Assembly (NCBI GenBank): GCA_028865725.1
Contig: JAGWJP010000003.1
Coordinates: 1,697-65,696 of the forward strand
Source: Patescibacteria group bacterium
Lineage (GTDB): Bacteria; Patescibacteriota; Minisyncoccia; UBA6257; JACRHW01
Direction: 5' to 3'
Length of the DNA stretch: 64,000 nt
In this document: piece by piece, positions 1-10,811 of the stretch
Layout: each line of letters starts with the position of its first letter
Position numbering within the stretch: the first letter of the stretch is position 1
Notes under the pieces: model-generated
What the model was told of the DNA's origin: nothing
The model's input: the letters and a program-made list of their open reading frames with translations, nothing else
The model's database searches: none
Position numbers and translations under genes: made by a program

Positions 1-77
1 TATTTTCGATACATATTGACAAGATATTTTGTTTTGTGATGTGATATTACTAGCTCATATCACGAAGGGGGATTTTT

Positions 78-674
78 GTGAAAGATTTATGCATTGTCCT
101 TGTAGCAATTCTTATGGTTCTGTGCGCATTTCGTTACGCGTATCAAATTAAGAAAAAAGAAATCAGCCCAATTCTTTCTACGTGGATAATTTTCCTATTA
201 GGAACACTGTTAAGCCTTATCACCTATGCACTTGCAGAGAAACATGATTTTCGTTCCGGCATCCTTAACACATTGGATGTACTGGTTGTGATGACCGTAT
301 TTTGCTCTATCCTTGCATGGGGTAATCGCCAAGTACGTTTCAAACCGTTTGAAAGGTGGTACCTTCTAGGTATCGCTCTCATTACCCTTTACGGACTTGT
401 ATCTGGGGATGCGTGGAGCTCTAATATTTTTACACAACTTTTAATCAGTATTGGGTATGCACCCACAATCCAAAACCTGATTACACAAAAAAAGAACACA
501 GAATCTTTTACAGGGTGAGGATGTGCCGGTCTCGCTGGACTAGTTGCACTTTATCCTGCTACTGTGGACGGCAATGCGCTTGCCGCAGTGTATGCACTCC
601 GAACCATCGTCTTAGTTTCAAGTGTCATAGGACTCATGGCCTACTGCGAAATCAAGTCACGCAGCCTCGCATAA
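78..674 (+). pseudogene. Multi-TM membrane protein interrupted by an in-frame TGA at 516-518 (nonsense mutation, sequencing error or readthrough)
   Basis: ORF 78-518 stops at ...ESFTG-TGA. The same frame continues as hydrophobic GCAGLAGLVALYPATVDGNALAAVYALRTIVLVSSVIGLMAYCEIKSRSLA to TAA at 672-674. TTGACA at 16 and an AAGGGGG RBS lie upstream; a hairpin plus T-run follows. Confidence 0.7.
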
Positions 675-800
675 AAAAGAAAACCACCGCCATCTCGAAA
701 GACCTCTGGCTTTTTTTATACTTACATTTTGTTTCATACAAGATACAAACTGAGTACTAGATACTAGAAAAATCTGCTATACTCTAAACTACCTATATAT

Positions 801-1376
801 ATGATATTCGCACAGGGGATTATTATCGAAAAAAAAGAATCGGGCGATGCCGACTGGAAATATATCGCCCTTACTGAAGAGCTCGGAAAGATAGAATTTC
901 TTTCGCGTGGCGGGAGAAAGGTTCTTGCACGTCTTAGCGGGCACATCGAGCCTTTTTCTTATACGCAGCTTGAATTTACTCCCACTACTACGTTAAAACT
1001 TATAGGAGCAACGGTAAGTCATCATTTTCGAACACTCAATAATAATCCTGTATTATTCGCTATTGCGTATCGCAATGCTCAGTTTGTGAACCAATTTCTT
1101 CCCTTTCATTATCATGACGCTGATCTGTTTCAAATCTTTCATACCTATATATATGATATGCATACTCTGGGAGAGAACGTCGTACTGTCTGAAACGGAGA
1201 TAAGAAGAGAGGCGGAGAAACGCACCTATCATTTTCTTTATGGTCTTGGAAAACAGTTGGGGATAATATCTGAATTACAATTTTCTGAAAATACGCTACA
1301 ATTGAGAGAGGAGAATAATCAGCAGCTTTTAGTACGCAACAATAACCTTAGACATCATCTCTTGAGTAATCTTTAG
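801..1376 (+). CDS. recO: DNA repair protein RecO
   Basis: N-terminal OB-fold pattern GIII.K..G.AD....LTEELGKI....RG.RK..A.L.G.IEPF. Confidence 0.8.
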   Translation: MIFAQGIIIEKKESGDADWKYIALTEELGKIEFLSRGGRKVLARLSGHIEPFSYTQLEFTPTTTLKLIGATVSHHFRTLNNNPVLFAIAYRNAQFVNQFLPFHYHDADLFQIFHTYIYDMHTLGENVVLSETEIRREAEKRTYHFLYGLGKQLGIISELQFSENTLQLREENNQQLLVRNNNLRHHLLSNL

Positions 1377-1485
1377 AAAAAACAACACGAGAAACATGTC
1401 TGTCGCCAAATAATTTAATATGATAATGGTAACTTCTCTCTGTCTAAAATAAGAGAAGGGGAGAGTTCCAATACTATCGTCTGGT

Positions 1486-3378
1486 ATGCTTAAAGATACG
1501 GAGGAACATCTCTACGGGCGCGAGGATCAAACCAGTCCTCAAAAGCCAACTACATTACCAACAAAAGAAGCACCTCATACCTGGGAACAAATTGACACCA
1601 CTCGCATAGAATCATCACATACTATGCCCACACAATCTGCACCCACACCTAAACGAAGGACCGGCGCATTAAAAAAAATAGTGTTATGGATTTTCGTGCT
1701 TGCCGTAATCGGAGGCGGGGTAGCCACCTACCTTGCCAACTTTTTTTCAACACGTGCCCTCGCGGTGCACATGATGATACCCGACAATGTACCGGCGGGC
1801 AAACCATTCACGATAGATTTTATCTACAATAACAACACGCACGTCGCACTACGAAACGCACAAGTTTCACTCGATCTCCCTGGGGGCGTATTTTTTGCCG
1901 ATGATCCGAATAGGACACGCATTGAGCAAATAATTACACTCGGGGATATTTCTGCTAAAAAAACAGGCGATGTGTCTTTTTCTGTCATTGCGCTCGGAGA
2001 ACAAAATTCGATAAAAGAGTTTAAAACAACGCTTGATTATGGACTGGATGGATTGCGCAATCGCTTTGAAAAACAAACCTTGGCACAAGCTACGATAGGG
2101 GAGCCAGCTCTCAATGTCGACCTTGTCCTTCCCAGCAAAATTCAGGCAGGGGGACAATTTAATTTTGAAATTCATTATCAAAACACACTCGACACCCCCC
2201 TTGAAAACGCATGGGTGAAAATGGATTCTCCTCTTGGTTTTTCAGCCACCCTCACACGGCCAGTTTTTACCGCAACAAACTTTTGGAAACTAGGAGAAAT
2301 TAAACCGCAAGAGTCAGGAACAATCTTTGTTTCCGGATCTTCCATGGGACAAGGAGGAGACGTGATGCGCTTTGGAATTACAGGAGGTATTACATTGAAA
2401 AATGTAGATATTAATATCGCACGCAAAGAAGAGCAAACTGTGATCGCGCAAGCACCTTTTATGCTTGCAGTGGCACCGGAAATTCCTGCAGGAGATCCTG
2501 TCAAACCGGGAGACTCATTGCGCTATAAACTAACCTATAAAAATACGAGCGGCATAACCTTAAACGACGTGATTATCCGCGCGGCGCTTACAGGATCCAT
2601 GTTTCAACTTGATAACGTCTCAACAGATGGATTCTTTGACCCAAATACGCGCACAATCACATGGACAGCCGCACAGATCCCATCCCTTAAGACATTGAAC
2701 CCTAATGATGAAGGCTCTATAGAATTTGGAGTCTCTGTCGCCCGAGATTATCCTATTACAAGTGCCAATGACAAAAATCTTACCCTCCGTGTTGATGCAC
2801 AAATTGATTCACCATCCATTCCTGCGAACCTTCAGGTACAACAGAGTGCGGGAAAAGCATACACAGAGAGCAAGATAGAAGGTTCTATTATGATAGAACC
2901 CGCAGCTTTCTTCCGCGATGCAGCATCCGGATTTGTAAATTCAGGCCCTTTTCCTCCTCGCGTCGATACAGCCACCAACTATACTATCCACTGGAATATT
3001 AAAAATTATGCTGTTGATTCAAGCAATGTGGAAGTACGAAGCACCTTGCCACAAAATGCAATCTTTACAGGAAAGGTAACAGGAAATTACGGACCTCACG
3101 CGCCACAATACAATAGTAGAACACATGAAATAGTGTGGGATATCCCGTTTGTGGAAGCAAACTCTGGCGTGGTGGCGCCTTCCTACAATGCAATATTCCA
3201 GGTCGCAATGACGCCCACCATATTCAATAAAGGAAGCTCTGCCCTGCTTCTCGATCGCACGACCATTACTGCAACCGATACCTTTACGAATGCATCACTC
3301 TCGAATGTCGGAAAAGAATTGACGACGCTATTGCCGGATGATACAACGGTAGGAGCAAACGAAGGCGTAGTTCAGTAA
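1486..3378 (+). CDS. Single-TM anchored surface protein with repeated Ig-like/DUF11-like domains
   Basis: TM at about aa 65-85. Repeated PG..L.Y.L.YKN and ITWT/IVWDI beta-sandwich motifs. Confidence 0.75.
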   Translation: MLKDTEEHLYGREDQTSPQKPTTLPTKEAPHTWEQIDTTRIESSHTMPTQSAPTPKRRTGALKKIVLWIFVLAVIGGGVATYLANFFSTRALAVHMMIPDNVPAGKPFTIDFIYNNNTHVALRNAQVSLDLPGGVFFADDPNRTRIEQIITLGDISAKKTGDVSFSVIALGEQNSIKEFKTTLDYGLDGLRNRFEKQTLAQATIGEPALNVDLVLPSKIQAGGQFNFEIHYQNTLDTPLENAWVKMDSPLGFSATLTRPVFTATNFWKLGEIKPQESGTIFVSGSSMGQGGDVMRFGITGGITLKNVDINIARKEEQTVIAQAPFMLAVAPEIPAGDPVKPGDSLRYKLTYKNTSGITLNDVIIRAALTGSMFQLDNVSTDGFFDPNTRTITWTAAQIPSLKTLNPNDEGSIEFGVSVARDYPITSANDKNLTLRVDAQIDSPSIPANLQVQQSAGKAYTESKIEGSIMIEPAAFFRDAASGFVNSGPFPPRVDTATNYTIHWNIKNYAVDSSNVEVRSTLPQNAIFTGKVTGNYGPHAPQYNSRTHEIVWDIPFVEANSGVVAPSYNAIFQVAMTPTIFNKGSSALLLDRTTITATDTFTNASLSNVGKELTTLLPDDTTVGANEGVVQ

Positions 3379-3454
3379 AGACAAAAAGGGGACCGCGCCA
3401 TAACGAAACGCTTATCGTATCAGTTATTTATCTTATTCGGTTTTGTTATTCACC

Positions 3455-4744
3455 ATGCACGAGATCACAATGGAAACTATTATCGCACTTTGTAAACGCA
3501 GGGGTTTTGTCTTTCCCGGGTCTGAAATTTACGGAGGACTACAAGGCTTTTATGATTATGGCCCATTAGGAGTTGAGATGAAAAATAATCTCAAGGGGTT
3601 ATGGTGGAGCGAGATGACGAAAAAACACGATCATATCGTCGGTATCGACGGAGCAATCATTACAAACCCAAAGGTATGGGAAGCAAGCGGTCACGTTACA
3701 AGCTTCGCCGATCCTCTTATTGAATGCAAACAATGCCATCACCGTTTTAAGGCTGACGATGTGCCAGGAATTACCTCATGCCCGGATTGTGGCGGCGTCA
3801 TGACTGAACCACGCATGTTCAATACACTCGTATCCACTGAAATAGGCGTTATAGAAGGCGAGACCACACACACCTATCTCCGTGGAGAAGCGTGTCAAAC
3901 GATTTATCTTAATTACAAAAATGTACTGGATTCTACTCATTTAAAAGTTCCTTTTGGAATCTGCCAAATTGGCAAAGCGTTTCGCAATGAAGTAACGCCA
4001 GGGAATTTCTTGTTTCGACAAAGAGAGTTCGAACAATGGGACTTACAATGGTTTTGTCATCCTTCTCAAATGGAGCAATGGTTTTCGTACTGGAAGGATG
4101 AGAGGATGAATTGGTATAAAACCATTTTCACACACCCAGAACATCTCCGATTTTATGAACATGAAAAACTTGCCCATTATGCAAAAAAGGCTTTTGATAT
4201 TGAATATACTGCATCGCCTGTTGGAAAAGAAATGGAAGGAATTCACTGGCGCGGCGACTGGGACCTCTCCCGTCATTCAAAATATTCTGGAGAAAATTTG
4301 ACGTATACCGATCCAGAAACACAAGAAACTTTCATTCCACAAATTATTGAAACATCGGGGGGTGTTGATCGTACATTTCTCTTTTTATTACTTGACGCAT
4401 ATACGGAAGAAGGAGATAGAATAGTGCTAAAACTCAATCCAAAGATTTCTCCTTATAAAATTGCCGTGTTTCCGCTCCTTCGTAATAAGCCAGAATTAGT
4501 AACTAAGGCACAAGAAATATACCGCGGCTTACGAAATGAATTAGCTGTGGCATGGGACGATCGAGGAAATATCGGAAAGCGCTATTATAGTCAAGACGAG
4601 ATTGGAACGCCTTATTGCGTTACCATCGATTTCCAAACCCTTGAAGACAAGACCGTCACTATCCGCAATCGCGATACCATGCGGCAAGAACGGATCTCCG
4701 AACACGCGATCCTCACATATCTTAAAGATCATCACGTATACTAA
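3455..4744 (+). CDS. glyQS: Glycine--tRNA ligase, alpha2 type
   Basis: CKRRGFVFPGSEIYGG, GKAFRNEVTP, FRQREFEQ, C-terminal anticodon domain IGKRYYSQDEIGTP. Confidence 0.96.
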   Translation: MHEITMETIIALCKRRGFVFPGSEIYGGLQGFYDYGPLGVEMKNNLKGLWWSEMTKKHDHIVGIDGAIITNPKVWEASGHVTSFADPLIECKQCHHRFKADDVPGITSCPDCGGVMTEPRMFNTLVSTEIGVIEGETTHTYLRGEACQTIYLNYKNVLDSTHLKVPFGICQIGKAFRNEVTPGNFLFRQREFEQWDLQWFCHPSQMEQWFSYWKDERMNWYKTIFTHPEHLRFYEHEKLAHYAKKAFDIEYTASPVGKEMEGIHWRGDWDLSRHSKYSGENLTYTDPETQETFIPQIIETSGGVDRTFLFLLLDAYTEEGDRIVLKLNPKISPYKIAVFPLLRNKPELVTKAQEIYRGLRNELAVAWDDRGNIGKRYYSQDEIGTPYCVTIDFQTLEDKTVTIRNRDTMRQERISEHAILTYLKDHHVY

Positions 4745-4769
4745 ATAATAATTAACACAACCTATTTTT

Positions 4770-6038
4770 ATGGAATTTCAAAAGCATCAACTTAAAAACG
4801 GCCTTCGACTCATTCTTGCGCCACAAGAAGATGCACGTGCAGCAACTATTCTCGTCCTTGTTGAGGCAGGATCAAAATATGAAACAAAGGATAAAAACGG
4901 CATATCGCATTTTCTCGAACATATGTGTTTTAAAGGAACCGCCAAACGCCCGCGACCTGTCGATATAGCAACCGAGCTCGATCAAGTAGGCGCCGCCTAT
5001 AATGCGTTTACCGGACATGAATCCACGGGATATTATGCAAAAGCCGATGGCAACCATTTTGATATGTTGCTTGATGTAATTTCCGATATTTATCTCAACC
5101 CTACTTTTGATCCAAAAGAAATTGATACTGAACGCGGCGTAGTAATTGAAGAAATCAATATGTATGAGGACACTCCGATGCGCAAGGTACAGGAACTTTT
5201 CCTCGCGCTCATGTATGGAGATCAGCCGGCCGGCTGGCCTCTCGGTGGAGATAAACAGATCCTGAGAACACTCCAGCGTGAAGATTTTGTTACCTACCGC
5301 TCACAACACTATCTCGCAAATGCGACAGTCGTAATCGCAGCGGGATCACTTCCTCATGACGCAAAAGAACGCATCGAAAAAGCATTTGCTGGAATGCCCC
5401 AGGGAGAGAAGGGGGCAAAACTCCCTGTACGCGAAGAACAAACAAAACCTCGCGTACTTCTCCAACATAAAGAATCAGACCAAACGCATTTTGTATTAGG
5501 AGTCCGCGCATTTAGCATTTTTGACCCGCGCCAGTACGTGCTTGAGGTAATGAGCGCCATTCTTGGGGGGGGAATGAGCTCGCGGCTATTTCAAAAAATA
5601 CGCGGAGAGCTCGGTGCTGCATATTATGTACGCAGCAGTGCTGATTTCTTTACTGACACAGGAATATTTTCAAGTTCCGTAGGCGCAGATCACAATAAAC
5701 TCGAACTTACCCTTCGTACGATTCTTGAAGAATACGCTCGTCTAAAACAAGAGTCGGTTTCTCAAGAAGAGTTACAAAAAGCAAAAGAGTATTTGAAAGG
5801 AAGCCTCGTCCTCTCTATGGAGACTTCGGATGAACTTGCCTCATTTTATGGAGGACAGGAGATCCTCACAAAATCCATCCTTACCCCTGAAGAGATATTC
5901 GCACGCATCGATGCGGTAACCTCCGAACAAATTCAGGCACTTGCCGCTACATTATTCGAAGACCGCAATCTTAATCTTGCGCTCATAGGGCCCGCGAAAG
6001 AGAACGCACTATTTGAGAAAATTCTTCACTTCGCATAA
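4770..6038 (+). CDS. M16 family (pitrilysin-like) zinc peptidase
   Basis: HFLEH (HxxEH) motif; GGGMSSRLFQKIR. Confidence 0.93.
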   Translation: MEFQKHQLKNGLRLILAPQEDARAATILVLVEAGSKYETKDKNGISHFLEHMCFKGTAKRPRPVDIATELDQVGAAYNAFTGHESTGYYAKADGNHFDMLLDVISDIYLNPTFDPKEIDTERGVVIEEINMYEDTPMRKVQELFLALMYGDQPAGWPLGGDKQILRTLQREDFVTYRSQHYLANATVVIAAGSLPHDAKERIEKAFAGMPQGEKGAKLPVREEQTKPRVLLQHKESDQTHFVLGVRAFSIFDPRQYVLEVMSAILGGGMSSRLFQKIRGELGAAYYVRSSADFFTDTGIFSSSVGADHNKLELTLRTILEEYARLKQESVSQEELQKAKEYLKGSLVLSMETSDELASFYGGQEILTKSILTPEEIFARIDAVTSEQIQALAATLFEDRNLNLALIGPAKENALFEKILHFA

Positions 6039-6072
6039 AATAGCAGTAGGGTCACCAATCGTGTGACGCATC

Positions 6073-7083
6073 ATGCCCACTCCTACAAAATTAGATATTA
6101 CATGGAAGTCATTATTGAGAATCCTCATCATGAGTGCGGGTGTTTTTTTGATTTTTAAACTAAGCAATATTTTGACGCTTATCGTATTTGCAGTAGTGCT
6201 TGCCTCAGCGCTTAACCCGATTGCCACCTATTTTAGTTCGCGCGGATGGCCTAGAATTTTTGTAGTTCTTGCGCTCTACATTCTTATCTTTTCCATACTG
6301 GGAGCCGCGATCTACTATCTTTCCCCTCTTATCTTCAGCGAACTCCGTTCTTTTGTAGCACTTGTGGGAGGGTCACAATCTCCCGTACTTCAAGGATATG
6401 GAAACATTACCTACCTTATTACATTCCTTCAACACTTGGAATCAATATCTTCACAGGATATAACTATTCTTTTTTCACGTATTGGCTCACTGGTAGCGTC
6501 TCTTTTTGGCGGATTTACTTCCATGCTGGTTGTCATAGTTATCACATTTTATTTGCTTCTCTATGAACGCAGTCTTGGTGACTTTATTGCAGATATTGTG
6601 CCTGTCCAATATGAAGCGTATGTGCTCAATGTATGGAATAGAACCCAGCGTAGAATAGGACGTTGGCTACGAGCTCAAGTATTGCTAAGCGCGGTGATGG
6701 GCATACTCGTATTTTTTGGTCTCTCTATTTTAGGGCTCGATAATGCACTTCTCCTTGCAGTACTCTCGGCGTTCTTTGAGATTGTACCTATTGTAGGGCC
6801 CATTATGGCGGGGGCGGCCGCAACGCTTGCAACATTGAATACATCACCCACTCTTGCGCTTTATGTCATACTTATGTTTATCGGAATTCAACAATTTGAA
6901 AGCCATGTCCTTATCTCGCTGGTCATGAAAAAAGCAGTTGGTTTGAACCCCATTTTTGTAATAACCCTCCTCCTTGCAGGCGCTGAACTCGGAGGCGTCA
7001 TTTGGGTATTTCTCGCAATTCCCGTGGGCGTACTCCTTGAAGAAATCGTACATGATATGGTAGAGAAAAAAAGGAGGGTATAA
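6073..7083 (+). CDS. AI-2E family transporter
   Basis: Multiple TMs; FEIVPIVGP, IQQFESHVL..VMKKAVGLNP. Confidence 0.9.
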   Translation: MPTPTKLDITWKSLLRILIMSAGVFLIFKLSNILTLIVFAVVLASALNPIATYFSSRGWPRIFVVLALYILIFSILGAAIYYLSPLIFSELRSFVALVGGSQSPVLQGYGNITYLITFLQHLESISSQDITILFSRIGSLVASLFGGFTSMLVVIVITFYLLLYERSLGDFIADIVPVQYEAYVLNVWNRTQRRIGRWLRAQVLLSAVMGILVFFGLSILGLDNALLLAVLSAFFEIVPIVGPIMAGAAATLATLNTSPTLALYVILMFIGIQQFESHVLISLVMKKAVGLNPIFVITLLLAGAELGGVIWVFLAIPVGVLLEEIVHDMVEKKRRV

Positions 7084-7163
7084 GAAACAAATCCCGCCCC
7101 ATCCTCCTTTCCCTCACGCCTACCACGTGGGGAATATCATATTTGCGACGTTCCAAGTATACT

Positions 7164-8636
7164 ATGCAAAAAAAGTTTTATATTACTTCTGCTATTCCTT
7201 ATGTGAACGCAAAGCCTCATATCGGCCATACCCTCGAACTTGTGCAGGCTGACATGATTGCGCGTTATCACCGCCTGCAAGGGGATGAGGTGTTTTATTT
7301 GTTTGGCACAGATGAAAATGCATTAAAAAATGTGCAGGCGGCAGAACACGCAGGGATCCCACCGCAAGAATTCGTGGATATTCACGCGCGTTATTTCTCT
7401 GACCTTGCAAAAAAACTTAATGTGAAATTAGATGCATTCATAAAAAGCAGTGATCCTGTCCACCACTTTCCCGCAAGCCAAAAACTTTGGCAACGTTGCT
7501 ATGATGCGGGGGACATTTATAAACGATCCTACGAGGGCCTCTACTGTGTGGGGTGTGAGACATTTTATGCGCGTGATGAACTGAATGAACAAGGAGAATG
7601 CCTCGAACATCCTGGCAAAGCCCTGGAAACAGTATCCGAAGAAAATTATTTCTTCAGACTAGGACGTTACCAAGAAACACTTATCACTCTCATCAAAGAA
7701 GATCGCCTCGCAATTATTCCTGCAACACGTAAAAATGAAATCCTGTCGTTTCTCACACAACCACTTCAAGACATTAGCATTTCGCGCTCCAATGAACGGG
7801 CAAAAAATTGGGGCGTGCCCGTCCCTCATGATCCGACACAACGCATGTATGTATGGTTTGACGCGTTGAATGTATATCAGTCGGGAATAGGATTTGGATG
7901 GGATGAAACATCATATCGTAAATGGTGGCCTGCGGATTTACATGTTATTGGAAAGGGTATTACACGTTTTCATGCCATATATTGGCCCGCTTTTCTTCTT
8001 TCTGCGCAGTTGGAATTGCCAAAGGCGCTTTTTGTACATGGCTATATGACCGTGAACGGACAAAAAATGTCAAAAACGCTAGGCAACGTTATTGATCCTT
8101 TCGATTTGATTACACGTTATGGCGCCGATCCCATTCGTTACTACCTGCTCCGAGAGATACCTGCTGTGGGCGACGGTGATTTTAGTGAAGAAAAAATGAA
8201 TACACGCTACACAAGCGACCTTGCGCATGGAATAGGAAATCTTGCAAGCCGTATTACCACGCTTGCTGAAAACACGGGCACCATCACTCTTGAATCTTTT
8301 GACACCGGAATTGTAGATCCTTATTGGCACCGCTACCACGAAGCGTGTGTTGCATTCAAATTCAATGAAGCATTAGAAGTAACATGGGAACTGATTGCCT
8401 ATATTGACAGAGAGCTCACTCAAAAAAGGCTATGGGCCACTCCCACTAACGCGACACTTTCCTCTCTGGTTTCTTATCTCTTACATATCGCGTGGATGTT
8501 AAACCCTTTTCTCCCTCATACTTCCGAAACCTTGCTCAATGCGCTCGTAGGAAACAGTCCTGTGTATGGACATGACTATACAGGAAGTCGTCTTACTATT
8601 AAAAAAATAAGTCTCTTTCCCAAACGAGAAGCATAG
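7164..8636 (+). CDS. metG: Methionine--tRNA ligase (short form)
   Basis: FYITSAIPYVNAKPHIGH, YVWFDAL, KMSKT. Confidence 0.96.
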   Translation: MQKKFYITSAIPYVNAKPHIGHTLELVQADMIARYHRLQGDEVFYLFGTDENALKNVQAAEHAGIPPQEFVDIHARYFSDLAKKLNVKLDAFIKSSDPVHHFPASQKLWQRCYDAGDIYKRSYEGLYCVGCETFYARDELNEQGECLEHPGKALETVSEENYFFRLGRYQETLITLIKEDRLAIIPATRKNEILSFLTQPLQDISISRSNERAKNWGVPVPHDPTQRMYVWFDALNVYQSGIGFGWDETSYRKWWPADLHVIGKGITRFHAIYWPAFLLSAQLELPKALFVHGYMTVNGQKMSKTLGNVIDPFDLITRYGADPIRYYLLREIPAVGDGDFSEEKMNTRYTSDLAHGIGNLASRITTLAENTGTITLESFDTGIVDPYWHRYHEACVAFKFNEALEVTWELIAYIDRELTQKRLWATPTNATLSSLVSYLLHIAWMLNPFLPHTSETLLNALVGNSPVYGHDYTGSRLTIKKISLFPKREA

Positions 8637-8653
8637 ATATACTCTTATACCCT

Positions 8654-8681
8654 AAAAAGGGCGGGGTACCCCGTCTTTTTT
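8654..8681 (+). terminator. Intrinsic terminator after metG
   Basis: AAAAAGGGCGGG-GTAC-CCCGTCTTTTTT. Confidence 0.75.
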
Positions 8682-8820
8682 GTATCATTCGCCAAGTATC
8701 TTGCCGAATACACACAATCACTTGCTTTTATTTGCACAAAAATACTGAAAAATAACCTCATAAAGCAATGCACGAACCCTTGTGTAAACAGCATTTTTTT
8801 GTTAAAGTAAACCACGTACT

Positions 8821-10302
8821 ATGAATAATCACGATGGCATGATAAGCCGCCCGCCAATAGTTGTAATCATGGGACACGTCGATCATGGAAAAACGACGCT
8901 TTTGGATTTTATCCGAAAAACGAACGTAGCACAACGCGAAGCGGGCGCAATCACCCAATCTATTGGTGCATACGAGATCGTTCACTATACTCATGAGAGC
9001 GGGGAGGGAAGAAAGATCACCTTTATTGACACTCCGGGACATGAAGCGTTTTCACAAATGCGCGGCAGAGGAGCACGCGCTGCCGACGTGGCCGTTCTTG
9101 TGGTAGCAGCAGATGAGGGGGTTAAACCGCAAACGAAAGAATCGCTTGAACAAATTAACGCAACCAAGACTCCTTTTATTATTGCATTTACAAAGATCGA
9201 CAAACCCGGAAGCGACGTGCAACGTGTACGCACACAGCTTTCAGAACTTGGGATACTCGTCGAATCTTGGGGAGGAGATATACCTGAACAAGAAGTTTCC
9301 TCATTGAGTGGAGAGGGAGTAAACGAACTCTTGGATCTTATCCTGCTTGTAGCCGATCTTCAAGAACTCAAGGCGAATCCCGCCGCGAAAGGGAAGGGAA
9401 TTGTGATAGAAACAAAACGCGATAGTAAGCGAGGAATCACAGCAAGCCTCATTATACAAGATGGGACCATTCATGAAAAAGATTTCATTGCCACACCAAG
9501 CACGCAAGGCAAAATAAAACTTATTGAAGATTTCAAAGGTACACGCATTACAGAAGCCTCATTCTCTTCCCCTGTTCTTATTACTGGTTTTGAAGAGCTC
9601 CCTCGCGTAGGTGAAGAATGGACGTGTGATGAACAACAGTTTTCCTCACACAAACAGACGGTGGAGACCACACAACATGCAAATGAATTTTTGAGGAAAG
9701 GAAAAGAGGTGCCCGAAGGTCACAAACTGATTAACGTCATTATAAAAGCTGACACGTATGGATCGTATGAGGCGCTCGAAACCATTGTCGAATCGCTCTA
9801 CAAAGAAGGCCTCAGTGTCCAATCGATAAGTCACGGAATAGGAGACATTACTGACAGCGATATTAAACTTGCCGACACATTTAAGGCAGTCATTCTAGGT
9901 TTTCACGTGAAAGTAAAAAAAGAGTGGTCACTTCTGGTAGATCAGCTCAAGGTACGGGTTATCACTTCCGATATAATCTATGATACTGTCACCCAGTTTG
10001 AAGCATTTCTTGATAAACAAGTGGCGGGAGAAAAGGAGTACCTTGGCGAGCTTGAGGTGCTTGCATGGTTTAGCGAATCAAAAAAAGGACAGTTGGTCGG
10101 CGGCAAAGTACTCATAGGCAATGTCAGTACCGGCAAGCGAATTGATCTCTACCGTGGCACAGAGAAGATTGGCGAAGGACGCATCACAACCCTGCACACA
10201 GGAAAACAAGAAGTAAAAACAGTTCCACAAAACAAAGAATGCGGACTTATTGTACAAGGGGCTCCTCGTGTCGAGGTGGGAGATCTTATAAAACTTTACT
10301 AA
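8821..10302 (+). CDS. infB: Translation initiation factor IF-2 (lacks the long N-terminal domain)
   Basis: RPPIVVIMGHVDHGKTTLLD, DTPGHEAF, ECG C-terminus. Confidence 0.97.
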   Translation: MNNHDGMISRPPIVVIMGHVDHGKTTLLDFIRKTNVAQREAGAITQSIGAYEIVHYTHESGEGRKITFIDTPGHEAFSQMRGRGARAADVAVLVVAADEGVKPQTKESLEQINATKTPFIIAFTKIDKPGSDVQRVRTQLSELGILVESWGGDIPEQEVSSLSGEGVNELLDLILLVADLQELKANPAAKGKGIVIETKRDSKRGITASLIIQDGTIHEKDFIATPSTQGKIKLIEDFKGTRITEASFSSPVLITGFEELPRVGEEWTCDEQQFSSHKQTVETTQHANEFLRKGKEVPEGHKLINVIIKADTYGSYEALETIVESLYKEGLSVQSISHGIGDITDSDIKLADTFKAVILGFHVKVKKEWSLLVDQLKVRVITSDIIYDTVTQFEAFLDKQVAGEKEYLGELEVLAWFSESKKGQLVGGKVLIGNVSTGKRIDLYRGTEKIGEGRITTLHTGKQEVKTVPQNKECGLIVQGAPRVEVGDLIKLY

Positions 10303-10309
10303 ACTATCT

Positions 10310-10645
10310 ATGAGTCGTCGTACAGAGCGGGTGAATGAACTCATTCGTGAAGAAGTAGGAACGATACTTCTCAAAGATGTCACACTCCCAGGAAACTTTT
10401 TGATTACCATTACCAATGTAGACACTTCTCGCGATTTACGCAATGCAGCAATTTATTATAGCGTCATCCCCGATAGTGCGGTCAGGGAAGTAAAGGTGTT
10501 CTTGGATGAAGTAGCGGGGGATATTCAACACATCTTGAACAGACGCCTTAAAATGTATCCGATACCCCATCTTCGTTTTGTCTATGATCCACGAGAAAAA
10601 GAAGCCGCACGTCTTGATGAGTTACTGAAACAAGACCGCGCGTAA
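10310..10645 (+). CDS. rbfA: Ribosome-binding factor A
   Basis: R.ERVN.LIREE, DLRNA, P.LRF.YD; follows infB. Confidence 0.92.
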   Translation: MSRRTERVNELIREEVGTILLKDVTLPGNFLITITNVDTSRDLRNAAIYYSVIPDSAVREVKVFLDEVAGDIQHILNRRLKMYPIPHLRFVYDPREKEAARLDELLKQDRA

Positions 10646-10661
10646 CCATTGCAACGTGAAT

Positions 10662-10733
10662 GGCGGCATAGTCAAGTGGTAAGACGAGAGTCTGCAAAAC
10701 TCTTATGCGCCGGTTCGATTCCGGCTGCCGCCT
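10662..10733 (+). tRNA. tRNA-Cys(GCA)
   Basis: GGCGGCA/TGCCGCC acceptor stem, anticodon loop CTGCAAA, T-loop GGTTCGATTCC; CCA not encoded. Confidence 0.95.
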
Positions 10734-10811
10734 CTAGTACTTAATTTGGCACTCGGAACACGTAGAGTAATCTTCACATTATGCTACAATGAGGTTGCGA
10801 ACACGTAGGAT

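Noticed and set aside
516-518. Genetic code 25 or 4 (UGA recoded) suggested by the in-frame TGA
   Set aside because: Many intact genes terminate properly at TGA, and no other conserved gene is interrupted.
515-760. 81-aa ORF in the track
   Set aside because: Off-frame shadow of the readthrough portion of the 78-674 gene, and it crosses a terminator.
8821-10302. Short IF-2 as a truncation or pseudogene
   Set aside because: The G domain and C-terminal domains are intact; loss of the N-terminal region is common in reduced genomes.
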